The notes under the pieces: generated by a model | What the model saw: the letters and a program-made list of their open reading frames with translations, nothing else | What the model was told of the DNA's origin: nothing | The model's database searches: none | IMG/VR virus record: IMGVR_UViG_3300043446_004967 | Coordinates: 46,898 to 110,897 of that record | Length of the DNA: 64,000 bases | Direction: 5' to 3' (one strand) | Source of the DNA: a virus | Made by a program: the position numbers and the translations under genes | Shown: in pieces, positions 25,591 to 35,785 of the stretch | Layout of the letters: each line of letters starts with the position of its first letter | How positions within the stretch are numbered: position 1 is the stretch's first letter

Positions 25591-26120
25591 TGTATATCCG
25601 GCGTTCCTTCTTTTATCCCGCCCGCATAACGACGAGCTAACTGCCGCTTTAGCTGCACCAAAGCAACCTCAGAGCCCGCGTGAATGAACTTTAGCACGTC
25701 CTTATGGGCCACGCTATGTATAGCGGTCGCTCCCTGCGCGTACAAGTAATTAAACACCGTCACAACGGCACGTACCTGCCCTGCGGCCCACACACGCGAA
25801 ACCCTACCGGAGAAAGTTGTCGTGGTGGTGAACGGTTCAGGGAGAATACCTGCCTCCTCCCACCTAACAACAGTCGCTCGTGACACGCCGAAAACACGAG
25901 TCAGCGCGGCGCCGTCAAGGTATGCCACCTTCATGCCGCCAATACGCATCGTCTTGGCATGGGTGGCAACCCTTTGCTCAGGAATCATCAACGCCGTGCC
26001 CGCATCCGCCTGAGCCTTCCCGCCACGACGGCGCACACCCGCAGCACCAAGAGTAGGGCGGAACCATGAAGGAAGGCCCCGGATAATGGCGTCTTCCTTC
26101 GTAAACCTCCGTAAATCCAT
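25578..26120 (-). CDS. MerR-like HTH DNA-binding protein
   Basis: L..VFGVSRATVVRWEEAGILPEP. Confidence 0.7.
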   Translation of the reverse strand: MDLRRFTKEDAIIRGLPSWFRPTLGAAGVRRRGGKAQADAGTALMIPEQRVATHAKTMRIGGMKVAYLDGAALTRVFGVSRATVVRWEEAGILPEPFTTTTTFSGRVSRVWAAGQVRAVVTVFNYLYAQGATAIHSVAHKDVLKFIHAGSEVALVQLKRQLARRYAGGIKEGTPDIQWET

Positions 26121-26200
26121 ATACAGCTCTTTATCATGAAAAAGCGCGCCCCCCTATGAGAGAGGCGCGCCGCGCGTTACCCTTGGCAGCTCTTGCTTGC

Positions 26201-27301
26201 CTACAGTTGACGGGACTGCCACCACTCCAGCACAATCCGCTGAAACAGCTTGCTGTCCTCCGTCTCTTGATAAAGCTCCTTCGCCTTGTTAAAAATAGTC
26301 TTAATCTCCTCCCCCTCGGCCTCGTAAAGAGTGTGAGTAAACCGGAACTTTTTAACCGTGCCTAGTTTACCAACCTTCGCGCCTGTAGGCGTCAGCCCGT
26401 CCTTCGAGTATTCTTCAACCAACGCCTGCTCAAATTGGTCAGTCGTCTTGCCTTCCGCCAGAGCAACCAAGTCCTGATAATTTGACGCTGTCACATACTT
26501 GGACAGGGCCAAAGCTTTCATAATCCCAAGATAATCCAGCACCTTAACATCGAACCCCGGCACACGCGCGCAAGACATGTACACTTCAATATAATAGAGA
26601 ACCTTCCGTTCGCCGTAAGGCTTGCCGCCCCCGTACAGACGAGGATCCTCGCAAAACTCTCTAAAGGATTTGTGTGTCGCTTTCCACAGACCCTTATGGA
26701 ACGCATGAGCAAACATGCCGCCCATATAGAATAAGCCTCTGTTCTGGGAAAGAGCAAGGTCGGCGATAGACTCTATAATGGTAGCGCCTTTTGCAAGAAG
26801 CGCCCCAAGCTCGCCCACGATTGGAACGGAACCGCTCGGTAGCACAGCAAGCTCAGTACGAGGGCGACCGCGTTTACGCGGGGCATTAACCTCCGAGGAA
26901 GGACTATATATGGCAATGTCCGTCACCCCCGCGTTAGGGGCGGACGCCGGCGAAAACTCGCCGTCCAGCAACCCTTGCGACACCGTTTCTCCGCCTGCAA
27001 GGTGTACCTCTTTTTGGTCAGCGGGTATGCACGTATAATACAAGTACGGCGTAGGGGGACTGTCGTTCGTCAGCTCCTCAGTTACTTGCGTAACGTATAA
27101 CAGCTGCCCCGGCTCAAAGACCTGCTCCTCGCCCCCTAACGGCTCTTGGTAATCTTCAAAGGTCGCATAACCCCCGACCTGTACGGTAGGGATCAGCTTT
27201 TTCTGCTTCTTAACAGGAGCAGCGGACACCTTATTTTTTTGTAATGTTAAGGTTCCTTTAGGCGAGGCTAAAACGCCTTGCCCCTGCGTAAGCTTCTTCA
27301 T
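26201..27301 (-). CDS. hypothetical protein with AT-hook
   Basis: 366 aa, RKRGRPR. Confidence 0.7.
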   Translation of the reverse strand: MKKLTQGQGVLASPKGTLTLQKNKVSAAPVKKQKKLIPTVQVGGYATFEDYQEPLGGEEQVFEPGQLLYVTQVTEELTNDSPPTPYLYYTCIPADQKEVHLAGGETVSQGLLDGEFSPASAPNAGVTDIAIYSPSSEVNAPRKRGRPRTELAVLPSGSVPIVGELGALLAKGATIIESIADLALSQNRGLFYMGGMFAHAFHKGLWKATHKSFREFCEDPRLYGGGKPYGERKVLYYIEVYMSCARVPGFDVKVLDYLGIMKALALSKYVTASNYQDLVALAEGKTTDQFEQALVEEYSKDGLTPTGAKVGKLGTVKKFRFTHTLYEAEGEEIKTIFNKAKELYQETEDSKLFQRIVLEWWQSRQL

Positions 27302-27363
27302 GATATTTCCTTAGAAAATGTTATAGGTCTAGTGTATTTTGCGCTATACTATAATCCCTTTTA

Positions 27364-28086
27364 TTAATTGTCAATCCGCCCCGAAGCCCGTAGCCGCGCC
27401 GACCCGTAGGCAAATAACCTTCGCAAGCCTTCGTTGGGTTCCGGAGGACTCTGCATGTCCGCGCACAGAGCATCCCAGCCCTTCTTTGTTAATGTAATCG
27501 AAGGAGCCGACCCAAGCGCATAGGACGGGTCGTCCCCGTCCTTATACTCCTCACAGGCGGAACACACCTGCGCCACACCCGTGAAGGGAGCGGCGGACGC
27601 CAAATAGCCCTCCCCCAAACAAGTCAAGCAAAACGCGTCCACAATGTCGTCTTGCTTTGCGCGGCTCGCTGAGTATGAGAACCCCCAGCGGGCAATGGCG
27701 GCCTCCCGCATCTCCTCCTTCGAGGCATTACCCTTGCCGGAGATATAACGTTTCAGCGTGGAAATCCCCGCCGTGTATACGGCACACCCCGCCTCCGCCG
27801 CGCACACTTTCAGGATACCGACAAGCTCCGCACGAGTGAACGCCTTCCCTGTAAACGAGGAAAAAGCATAGTCCTCAAAAAACACATGCTTCTCGTAATC
27901 CGCGAGCCCCAAAAAGATATCGGAAACCCGCGCAAGAATTAACCGCTGACGCTGCAAATCAGTAGACGCCGCCTTCTTTGGCATCGTCAACGCCGTTACT
28001 CGGACTCCCGCACCGTCAGACAGTCGGACTGCAACCCCCGTCGATACGAGGGAGACATCTAACCCGATCACTGCTATTTTCTTCAC
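27364..28086 (-). CDS. RuvC-like Holliday junction resolvase with a DUF1778-like C-terminal tail
   Basis: IGLDVSLVSTG, FEDY, LKRYISGKGNASKEEM, DDIVDAF. Confidence 0.85.
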   Translation of the reverse strand: MKKIAVIGLDVSLVSTGVAVRLSDGAGVRVTALTMPKKAASTDLQRQRLILARVSDIFLGLADYEKHVFFEDYAFSSFTGKAFTRAELVGILKVCAAEAGCAVYTAGISTLKRYISGKGNASKEEMREAAIARWGFSYSASRAKQDDIVDAFCLTCLGEGYLASAAPFTGVAQVCSACEEYKDGDDPSYALGSAPSITLTKKGWDALCADMQSPPEPNEGLRRLFAYGSARLRASGRIDN

Positions 28087-28096
28087 GGATAACCCC

Positions 28097-28948
28097 CTAC
28101 ACGGAGAAACAGGAAACCACCCTGTCGCAATTTTTTGCGCGCGAGCATCCGGAACTCTCACAAATGCGCGGCGGAAGCGTGCCCTCGTTCAAATGGCCTA
28201 CACACTCCCTAGCCTTTAATATGAACGGTTTAACCCGATCCCACCCCGCCACGTCCCGGACAAATTCTTTGTAGACGCGACCCCGGAAAAGTTTCGCAGG
28301 GTCACGGTCCACGTAGATGTAACGGAGCTTAGGATGGACGCGGTGCCCTAAAGCGCGTCCTAAATAGTAATACATCGACGCTTGTAGGACGTGGTCTCCT
28401 AACGGGGAGTCCAGCTCGTCGAACACTAAATCCTTACGGCTGATCGACTTTATCTCGTAAAGATGAAGGTAGCCCCCCCACTTCACCAAAAAGTCAGGAT
28501 GGCCCGTTACCCCCCACGATTTTACGTGAAAAGTGGCCTCCTCATAAATAGTGAGAGGCTGGCGACAGGCTGAACACCTGCGGCGGGCCGCGCTTGCGCG
28601 TGTCCCTTGAACCTGCAACTTTCCGCAGGCACACCGCCAAACCCCCCACGCCAAATCCGCACGGGAGCTATGATCCAGCCATACACGCCTCACCTGTTCG
28701 TGTATGGCGTGACCCATACTGAACAGCAGCTCTTGTGCCGGTGTTACAGTACGTGTTATGTTACGGCACGGGTCCGCGTGCGATATCACAAAGTGCCGGG
28801 GGCAGAACATGCGCGACGGCTCACACTTAATCAGGTCCGAAACGTGGATGCGTATCTCCGGTCCCGCGTAATGCCTGTTAAACGCTGACGTGGACTCGTT
28901 CAGCATTCCCACGAATGCGTCTAAAGGGCTAATGGTACTCCCCGTCAT
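28097..28948 (-). CDS. PD-(D/E)XK exonuclease (Cas4/RecB-like)
   Basis: GHAIHE, GHPDF, YEIKS, Q...Y, one N-terminal and three C-terminal Cys. Confidence 0.8.
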   Translation of the reverse strand: MTGSTISPLDAFVGMLNESTSAFNRHYAGPEIRIHVSDLIKCEPSRMFCPRHFVISHADPCRNITRTVTPAQELLFSMGHAIHEQVRRVWLDHSSRADLAWGVWRCACGKLQVQGTRASAARRRCSACRQPLTIYEEATFHVKSWGVTGHPDFLVKWGGYLHLYEIKSISRKDLVFDELDSPLGDHVLQASMYYYLGRALGHRVHPKLRYIYVDRDPAKLFRGRVYKEFVRDVAGWDRVKPFILKARECVGHLNEGTLPPRICESSGCSRAKNCDRVVSCFSV

Positions 28949-29349
28949 GACGCCCCTCTGTCCCTGCACAGGGATAGTAAATGTTCCAGCCACTTTACCG
29001 AGATCACCGCAACTTCCCGCCCGCAAGTCTCCCCGTCCTCCATAAACTCCACGATAACCGCCGGAACCTCGTCGCACGCCATCGCCGCGTACTCGATTTT
29101 ATCCAGCATGTCTTGCGTAATGGAAAACGATTTCTTCTGCGTGGCCTTGCACTCGATCCGCGCAACACCCGGCACTCGCACGTCGCCCTTTACAAAACCG
29201 CTGCCCGACGCCAACGTCCTGTACCCGCCTAGCCTCTGCGCCGTCCTGCGCTCCTGCTTCGGCGCACGATGATAAGCCGGGGACTGCACTTCGGTCTCTC
29301 TTCGCAGACGACGCATATACGCGCTGTCATTTGTCATTCCAACCTCCAC
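28945..29349 (-). CDS. PD-(D/E)XK endonuclease (Hjc-like resolvase)
   Basis: E, SGSG..KGDV, IECKAT. Confidence 0.75.
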   Translation of the reverse strand: MEVGMTNDSAYMRRLRRETEVQSPAYHRAPKQERRTAQRLGGYRTLASGSGFVKGDVRVPGVARIECKATQKKSFSITQDMLDKIEYAAMACDEVPAVIVEFMEDGETCGREVAVISVKWLEHLLSLCRDRGAS

Positions 29350-30521
29350 TTACGCCGGAAATACTGCAAAATCCCGTCCGTATACGCCAGCATAACATCA
29401 GGGTTCTCTTGGAAATACTGCCCTATCTCATCATGCGAGCTGAAACGACGATCAATGCCCGTCAGCGTATGATGAGATCCCGCGCCCGTGTACAATCCTG
29501 CTTGGCGGGCATTAGCCAGAATCGTCTTTGTCTGATCGATGTGCCCTACAGGATACCCCGCCGACTCGTCCCGAATCAACTTAAACCTGCCCGTGCCCAT
29601 GCGGCCTCCGGTCTTATCTTTCGTAACCTGCACCCCGTGCTCGTTAAACAAGATAAGACCCGCGTCGTCCCCTTTCTCCGCTCGGTGCTCCTTAGACGTT
29701 AACGCAAGCTGATGACTTGTCGAATACTCAAGAGCGCGGCCCCCGGGAAGGACGCGGTTATCCCCGAACATGACCCCGATGTTTGTCCTGTACTGGTTAA
29801 TGTGCAGCAGCGCCCTACGGCTGCCCTGGTTATACGCCTTAATAAGCGTGGAGTTCATCACCCGCACAAACCGGCCGATAAGTCTCGCCTGCTCCGCCAC
29901 TAGGCTGTCGCCCAACCCTTTCTCCAACTCCCGCCCCGGAGTAATAGCGGCCAAAGAGTCAACGATCAGCAAACACGTGCAGTCCTCGCTTAGTAAGGCA
30001 ACGGCTAACTCTAGGACAGTTTCGCCGATGTTATGCGAAACTACCATTAACCTCTCAAGGTCTACGCCTAACGTCTCCGCCCACTGGGTATCTAACGTGC
30101 CCTCCACGTCAAGATAAACGACGATCTTATCAGGATTCGCGCGCTGCGCGCCCGCCGCCGCCAATAACGCCAACGTAGACTTGCCGCCGGATTTGTTCCC
30201 GTAAAGCATGGAGACCCTGTTGTACAGGAAGCCTCCGGCCAAACAAAGGTCTACCGCCAGCACGCCGGTTCTAAACCGCTCGGGCCGTACCACCTCGGAG
30301 GCGAACCGCAATACGCTGGCCCCTTCCCGCTTTCGTACATCCGAAATAATCCCCCTGAGCGCGTCATTAGGGACGAACCGCTTACCCTCGCCCGAGGACG
30401 GCACAACCGGTTCTTGCGTTTTTTTACTATCCGCCGCTACAGCCGAAGAAAAAGGCGGGGGATTCCCGCCTTTCGCTACAGGCGTGCGGACTTTCTTTCC
30501 GCCGGCCATTTCGCTCTCCAA
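29334..30521 (-). CDS. recA: RecA/UvsX-like recombinase
   Basis: TG..AVD..LAGG, GNKSGGKST, DVEGTLD, IVDSLAA, INQYR, GVMFGD..VLPGGRAL. Confidence 0.92.
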   Translation of the reverse strand: MESEMAGGKKVRTPVAKGGNPPPFSSAVAADSKKTQEPVVPSSGEGKRFVPNDALRGIISDVRKREGASVLRFASEVVRPERFRTGVLAVDLCLAGGFLYNRVSMLYGNKSGGKSTLALLAAAGAQRANPDKIVVYLDVEGTLDTQWAETLGVDLERLMVVSHNIGETVLELAVALLSEDCTCLLIVDSLAAITPGRELEKGLGDSLVAEQARLIGRFVRVMNSTLIKAYNQGSRRALLHINQYRTNIGVMFGDNRVLPGGRALEYSTSHQLALTSKEHRAEKGDDAGLILFNEHGVQVTKDKTGGRMGTGRFKLIRDESAGYPVGHIDQTKTILANARQAGLYTGAGSHHTLTGIDRRFSSHDEIGQYFQENPDVMLAYTDGILQYFRRKWRLE

Positions 30522-30527
30522 AAAAAC

Positions 30528-31430
30528 TTATGCGTCCTCGTCGTCTCCCGCCTGCTCCGCCAGAATAGCCGATACCAGCGCCGCTTTACGCTGCTTAGGC
30601 GTATAGGTTTTGGGGACGTGGACACCCTCCTTAGGCAGACACTTTTTTGCTACCACGGGGAGGTCAAATTCTTCTTGAAGAATCTCGGTAAGCTCCTCCA
30701 CGGTCTTCCCCTGAAGTTCTGCCTCAGAATAACCGCCGGCCTCCGCTTCCTCAGCGTCGTCTTCCTCTCCGCCTTCGGCTTCTTCCGAAGGCTGCGCCGC
30801 CTCAAGCCAATCAATGACATCGGCGCGTAATTTCTCCGTGTCCTTATTCTTGAGAGGCTTCCCCCGCTCATCCGTCATCCCAAAAGAGGCCACCAACTCC
30901 TCTAACTCCTCGCGTGAAGCCGCCTCCGCCTGCGCAAGCAGATCCTCCACAGACTCCTCGGCCGGTCCGGCGTCCTCATCCTCCTCGACATCCGTACCTT
31001 CCTCAGCATCATCGTCCTCAGCCGACGTACCTTGGGCGTCGATCGGAAAATCCCCCGCCAACTCCTCCATCAGTTCCTTCAGAGCAGCCACAGAAAGATC
31101 TTTTACCTGCCCGTAAACCTCCGCGACCTCTTGCGGCACGCAAGGCACGGTTATAGAAACCCGCCCGTTAACGTTCCCATAAGGAACGGTAGGCCGCTTT
31201 TCCTCTAAGGAAACCGACACCGTCGCAGGCGTTACGCCCTGCGGAAGCACAGCAACACGCAAAGACTTGCGTTCCGTCTCGGAAACGAGCACCACCCCGT
31301 CAGGGTCTACCACGGTCGATTCTACCTCCACATAAGAGACCGACCCGACTTCCTCTTTCTTGGACAACGGCTCGCTGGTCTTAGGCGATCCCTTGGCAGC
31401 CAATCCTGCGGGTTTTTTTACAATAGCCAT
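30528..31430 (-). CDS. acidic hypothetical protein
   Basis: 300 aa, very E/D-rich. Confidence 0.7.
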   Translation of the reverse strand: MAIVKKPAGLAAKGSPKTSEPLSKKEEVGSVSYVEVESTVVDPDGVVLVSETERKSLRVAVLPQGVTPATVSVSLEEKRPTVPYGNVNGRVSITVPCVPQEVAEVYGQVKDLSVAALKELMEELAGDFPIDAQGTSAEDDDAEEGTDVEEDEDAGPAEESVEDLLAQAEAASREELEELVASFGMTDERGKPLKNKDTEKLRADVIDWLEAAQPSEEAEGGEEDDAEEAEAGGYSEAELQGKTVEELTEILQEEFDLPVVAKKCLPKEGVHVPKTYTPKQRKAALVSAILAEQAGDDEDA

Positions 31431-31460
31431 GAATAGAATCCTTGTTAAATAGATTAGGGC

Positions 31461-31925
31461 CTAGGCCCCTATTTGAGAGCGGACTTTTGTAAGCGCCGCA
31501 AGCACTGTTGCTTGCGTAGCGGCGTGGTCAGCCCTGTAATAGGCGAAATACTGTAGGTGCTCCCCTATCACGTCCGCGAGGGCGTGAACTTCTTCCACAA
31601 GGTAGACGGAAAAAGTTCTCCCTTCAACCCTAAAAATAGGAGCCGGCACTAACCCACGGGATAACCACCGCTTAAACGTGGTGAGGTCCACCTCCAAGAT
31701 ATAGGCCACCCGGGACAGCTTCATCCCCTTACAAACCCTCACGCCGGAAGGCAGCGCAATCGGGTAGTCCACTGCCAGCGTGGCAATGCTGTGCTTATTA
31801 CGGTTTCCCGCAAAACGCTCAAACGCCACACGCTTTCTATAGCGACGGCGCATCCGGACCTTAATTAACTCCCGATGCGCCGCATCCGTGGCGTACCGTG
31901 AGGGGCGCTTCCCTTCTTCAGCCAT
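31461..31925 (-). CDS. MerR-like HTH protein
   Basis: VAYILEVDLTTFKRWLSRGLVPAP. Confidence 0.65.
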   Translation of the reverse strand: MAEEGKRPSRYATDAAHRELIKVRMRRRYRKRVAFERFAGNRNKHSIATLAVDYPIALPSGVRVCKGMKLSRVAYILEVDLTTFKRWLSRGLVPAPIFRVEGRTFSVYLVEEVHALADVIGEHLQYFAYYRADHAATQATVLAALTKVRSQIGA

Positions 31926-33402
31926 AGCTCGCGGACACCTCCTTTATCGTAGCTCCGGCCTGTACGAAACATTTCCTCCGGGAAGCCGCCCTACGCAACA
32001 GGAAGGCGTACCTCGCCGCATCCGGCGTGCCTTGCGCCAAAACATCCGTGATACTGTACCACTCCGGAACGGGCTTACCCGGGTAAAACCGGACAATCCG
32101 TCCTATCGCCTGCGTTAAATTCGTGCGCGGCGCCGCCTCCACGCCCATGTCTAGGCGAGGCACATCTACGCCCGTATCAAATATCCCGTAGGTAGCCAGT
32201 AAAATGCTGCAACACTTTGCCATCTCCTTATATTCAGCTTCTTTAACTTTAATCTTTTTATCCAAAAAGTTACCCTGCTCGTCCCTCTGATAAACCTGCC
32301 CGACGTACAAACCTACCTCCTCAGAAGGAACCCCCTTTGCTACCAGCAAGTCTTTGAGCAGCTGAAGCTGCTTAACATTGTCAGCGAACACCACAGGATT
32401 ACGCTTCCGAAGATAACCGCGCGTGTACACGGTCTCCGCAAGCCACGCGTTTCTGCTCCCCCACAAGGCTAACGCAGGAAGCACCTTACTTTCATGGTAT
32501 ACCTTAAACGGAGGTCTGCCGGAAACCCGGCAAATATACACAATAGGCTTAAGCACCTCTTGGGAAGACGTGACTTTTGGCGTGCCTAAATGTAGATCAC
32601 AGACCCGCCCCAGAACCCCGGCTTTGTTTGTAGCGGTGTAGCCTACGCGAATCCTTGCAGGAAACAGAGAAAGCACCTTCGACATGAGAGGCGCCGCCAC
32701 CTTGTGCACTTCGTCAATAGTGATCTTGCCAAAGTAGGAGTAAAAAGCCTCGGGATACCGCCGCATCACAAGTGATTGCAGCATGGCGACTACGAAATAT
32801 TTTCCTTCATAGTCGCACACATCCTGCTGGACGAACCCGACATGCTTTCGGACAAACTCATCTCCGAAGAAAAAAGCCATGCCGTTCTTCTCCTGCCTGC
32901 TCCCCGCCCACTGAAGTTTAAGCGTGTTACGGGGAACAATAATCAGGGTAGGAACCCCGATATTAGCTGAGACAAACAGGTCAGTGACGGTCTTCCCTGA
33001 CCCTGTCTTGGCGTTCGCCACGATGTCTATCGGTCCTTTTGGCGCGCAAGCCTTTAACACGGCGTCCATGAAGGCTTTTTGCTGAGAGTCACGCGGGGTT
33101 ATAGCCCCGCGAAACTCTCTCAACCCACAAGTATCCCCTCTTGCGGTAAGGTCTTTATACCTCACCGCAGGGAATCGCTCAAGCCCGAACGCACGAGGGA
33201 CACCGAAGTAACCTGAGTAGGTGCTGTCGTCATAACAGCAGACTTCCGTATAGGACACCTTGGCGCCGCCCGGCGAATACACCGGCTCCCTTAGCGTCAG
33301 TTCACTACGCAACGAGGACAGATCGCCAACTGTTCGCACGGGCAAGTAAAGCATCGATGAAAGAAAAGCCGTTCCCTGCGGCACGGGCGCACTTAATCCC
33401 AT
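31918..33402 (-). CDS. SF2 DNA helicase (UvsW/SSL2-like)
   Basis: AKTGSGKT, IDEVH, TAT, GVDVPRLD, QAIGR. Confidence 0.9.
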   Translation of the reverse strand: MGLSAPVPQGTAFLSSMLYLPVRTVGDLSSLRSELTLREPVYSPGGAKVSYTEVCCYDDSTYSGYFGVPRAFGLERFPAVRYKDLTARGDTCGLREFRGAITPRDSQQKAFMDAVLKACAPKGPIDIVANAKTGSGKTVTDLFVSANIGVPTLIIVPRNTLKLQWAGSRQEKNGMAFFFGDEFVRKHVGFVQQDVCDYEGKYFVVAMLQSLVMRRYPEAFYSYFGKITIDEVHKVAAPLMSKVLSLFPARIRVGYTATNKAGVLGRVCDLHLGTPKVTSSQEVLKPIVYICRVSGRPPFKVYHESKVLPALALWGSRNAWLAETVYTRGYLRKRNPVVFADNVKQLQLLKDLLVAKGVPSEEVGLYVGQVYQRDEQGNFLDKKIKVKEAEYKEMAKCCSILLATYGIFDTGVDVPRLDMGVEAAPRTNLTQAIGRIVRFYPGKPVPEWYSITDVLAQGTPDAARYAFLLRRAASRRKCFVQAGATIKEVSASYG

Positions 33403-34244
33403 TCCGGAGCCTCGCCCGACGCACCAGAAAATTCTTCGTCCCCGAACGCCGCACCCGCCGCAAATAACGACCGAAGTTCGTCTTCCGAGGGCGTCTTAAA
33501 CACGGAAAAGTAATCCGTCGGCGTAACGTCTTTATACTTAGATAACTGTGCTTCCGTTAGTCGGTTCACAGTTTCTATTTTTTTCGTCACAGGATTTCTG
33601 AGCTTTACCCCGGGGATCATACTGAACGGAGCTTTCGGCATGTCCTTATGCAAGGTGAACGCCATACCTCTCACAGAAGCCCCGGACTTCCACCCAGTTA
33701 CCCGCACAAACGCCTCAAGCTGACTAGGTTTAAGCACCAGCAACTTCTTTGAGTAGGGAACGGTCTCACCCGCCTTCGTGACGTAGGGCGTCAAAACAAG
33801 GACCGTTAAAAACAATCCATTATACGAACGGGCGTCCGGCAGGGCAAGGCACGCCGGGCAAATCCCATGCTCTTGCCGGCAGCCGACCGTGTGCCCCCAT
33901 CGCCCGTCAGGCCCTTTGTACGAATGCTCCCAAAACCGGAAAAAACCCTCCCGGCCTTGATCTAAAATAACCACCTCACGGCTTTCTCCGCGCTTAAAAT
34001 AGAGACGGTTATTCTGCGCGCGCTTGGCGGCGTACATCTCGCTCCGCTGCTTGTCTTCCCTGATCGCAACGTCGAGCGCCACGAAACGGCCACTTACGGT
34101 GCCCGCCGAAGGCTTAACCCCCCCTAACTTACGGGTGGAGTTTAACGCAGAGCCCCCAGCCTGACGCGCGGGAAGCTGTCGCGTGGGAAGCTGACGCGCG
34201 GGAGAGCTAACCCCCTGTCCGCCACGTCTTGTTAATTTTGTCAT
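33393..34244 (-). CDS. putative single-stranded DNA-binding protein
   Basis: gp32-like H...C...CPAC, acidic C-terminus ending EWD, position between primase and helicase. Confidence 0.6.
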   Translation of the reverse strand: MTKLTRRGGQGVSSPARQLPTRQLPARQAGGSALNSTRKLGGVKPSAGTVSGRFVALDVAIREDKQRSEMYAAKRAQNNRLYFKRGESREVVILDQGREGFFRFWEHSYKGPDGRWGHTVGCRQEHGICPACLALPDARSYNGLFLTVLVLTPYVTKAGETVPYSKKLLVLKPSQLEAFVRVTGWKSGASVRGMAFTLHKDMPKAPFSMIPGVKLRNPVTKKIETVNRLTEAQLSKYKDVTPTDYFSVFKTPSEDELRSLFAAGAAFGDEEFSGASGEAPEWD

Positions 34245-34264
34245 CTGAATAATCCTTAATTGTA

Positions 34265-35299
34265 CTACCCGAGATAGCACTTAGCCCGTCCAATCATTTG
34301 ACGAATCTGGGAAGCCGTGCACTCTCCGGGATCTTTTAAACAGCGCCGCCCGCTTTCCGGGTAAGACGCTACGTACTGCGGGAAACACCCGTCAAACTCC
34401 GCCAACACCCCTCTAGAACGTTTAGCCCCTCCGGGGGCCTCGGCGCCCCATAAAACCTTATCGCCTGCGGCGTCTCGGTCCACCATCCAAATAACCGACG
34501 CCCCGAACCGCCGAAGTTTGTCCTTCTTGGCTTGCGTCAGCTCCGTCCCTAAAATAGCAAAGACGGAACGATCTGCCGTGATAGCGCCCGACCCCAATAC
34601 CGCCGCATAGTCGAACAGGCCCTCCACGATAATAATCGTATGAGGCCGTGCAACCCCACAGCGATTTATCAAATGCTCTCCCAAGAAAACCTTAGCCTTC
34701 GGAAGTCCGGAATAGTCGCGTACTCTAGGGCCGGCCTCCGAGTCTCGCACCGTTCTTCCGGAAAACCCCAGAAAAACTCCGCGATAGTCGTATACGGGAA
34801 ACAACACTCTACCGGAAGTTCCGTCCCACCGTAAGCGCATTCGCAGCGCAGTGCGCCAAGAAATTCCCCGCCGTGTAAGGTAGGGGTGAGTTAAAAGGGG
34901 AGGGTAATCCGCCTCCCCCTGCGCGGCGCCTAACGCCTTTTCATAGGAAAAGCGACCCTCCTTCTCCTTAAACCGCCATGACGGACTCCCGGACAGGACA
35001 GCGGACTCCGCAAGTTCTACGCGCCTGACAGTGTCCGACAAGTCTTCATCCCGTAAATAACCGAGAAGCGATACCGCCTGCGCGAAAGTTCCCTTCTGCC
35101 CGCAGGTAAAACACTTGAAGTATGACGGACCTGACCCGCCTACGCGAATACCGAACGAGGGATGGTTATCCGCCCCGCTGCCATGCGTGGCGAACGCAAA
35201 CGGACAACTGCCCGAAAGCCAACCTTCCGTCACACCGTTCCCGCCGCCAAGGCGAATGCCCAGCTCCTCGCAGAAAGCCCGAGCTTCATGCACCTGCAT
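34265..35299 (-). CDS. DNA primase (Zn-finger + TOPRIM)
   Basis: CPF..H..D.HPSF...CFTCG, YLTRRGI, FSGR, VEGLFD, DRDAAG. Confidence 0.9.
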   Translation of the reverse strand: MQVHEARAFCEELGIRLGGGNGVTEGWLSGSCPFAFATHGSGADNHPSFGIRVGGSGPSYFKCFTCGQKGTFAQAVSLLGYLRDEDLSDTVRRVELAESAVLSGSPSWRFKEKEGRFSYEKALGAAQGEADYPPLLTHPYLTRRGISWRTALRMRLRWDGTSGRVLFPVYDYRGVFLGFSGRTVRDSEAGPRVRDYSGLPKAKVFLGEHLINRCGVARPHTIIIVEGLFDYAAVLGSGAITADRSVFAILGTELTQAKKDKLRRFGASVIWMVDRDAAGDKVLWGAEAPGGAKRSRGVLAEFDGCFPQYVASYPESGRRCLKDPGECTASQIRQMIGRAKCYLG

Positions 35300-35768
35300 C
35301 AGAAAACAGCGCCTCGCCTTGGACGATCACCCCGCCTTTACGTAGGTCCAACTTATGCGAGTAACAGTTTAGACGGCTACGAATGCTCGCCCAAACGCCG
35401 TAAAAATCTACGAAAAGCGTTGCCAAAGCTCCGCTCAACTCCTCCGCCATCGGACGATCCAGCCAATAGGCGAAATCGGCAGGGCCGTGTAACCCGAACC
35501 CAACGACGGGGGGCTTAAACCCACCGTCGCTATGGCATAGCTGTCGTATCCCCGCTTCTGTCGCAGCATCAGCACGAAGGGCTAAGACCTCTCGGCCAAT
35601 GTCCCATATAGACGCAAAGGAAGAAATAAGGCGGGCAAACACCGCACGCTCATCTTCCGTCAATTCCCCCAACGGAATATCCTCGGCCTCCGAAAACGGG
35701 GGCAACCAAGTATCTAGCCCAGACTCCTCCCCGACTCTACATGGAAAATGTATCACTGTTGCGTTCAT
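35286..35768 (-). CDS. hypothetical protein
   Basis: 160 aa, in operon. Confidence 0.65.
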   Translation of the reverse strand: MNATVIHFPCRVGEESGLDTWLPPFSEAEDIPLGELTEDERAVFARLISSFASIWDIGREVLALRADAATEAGIRQLCHSDGGFKPPVVGFGLHGPADFAYWLDRPMAEELSGALATLFVDFYGVWASIRSRLNCYSHKLDLRKGGVIVQGEALFSDAGA

Positions 35769-35785
35769 TGTGGGCCACCTCCCAA

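Noticed and set aside
28097-28948. CRISPR-associated cas4
   Set aside because: No cas1 or array; it sits in the recombination operon, typical of a phage exonuclease
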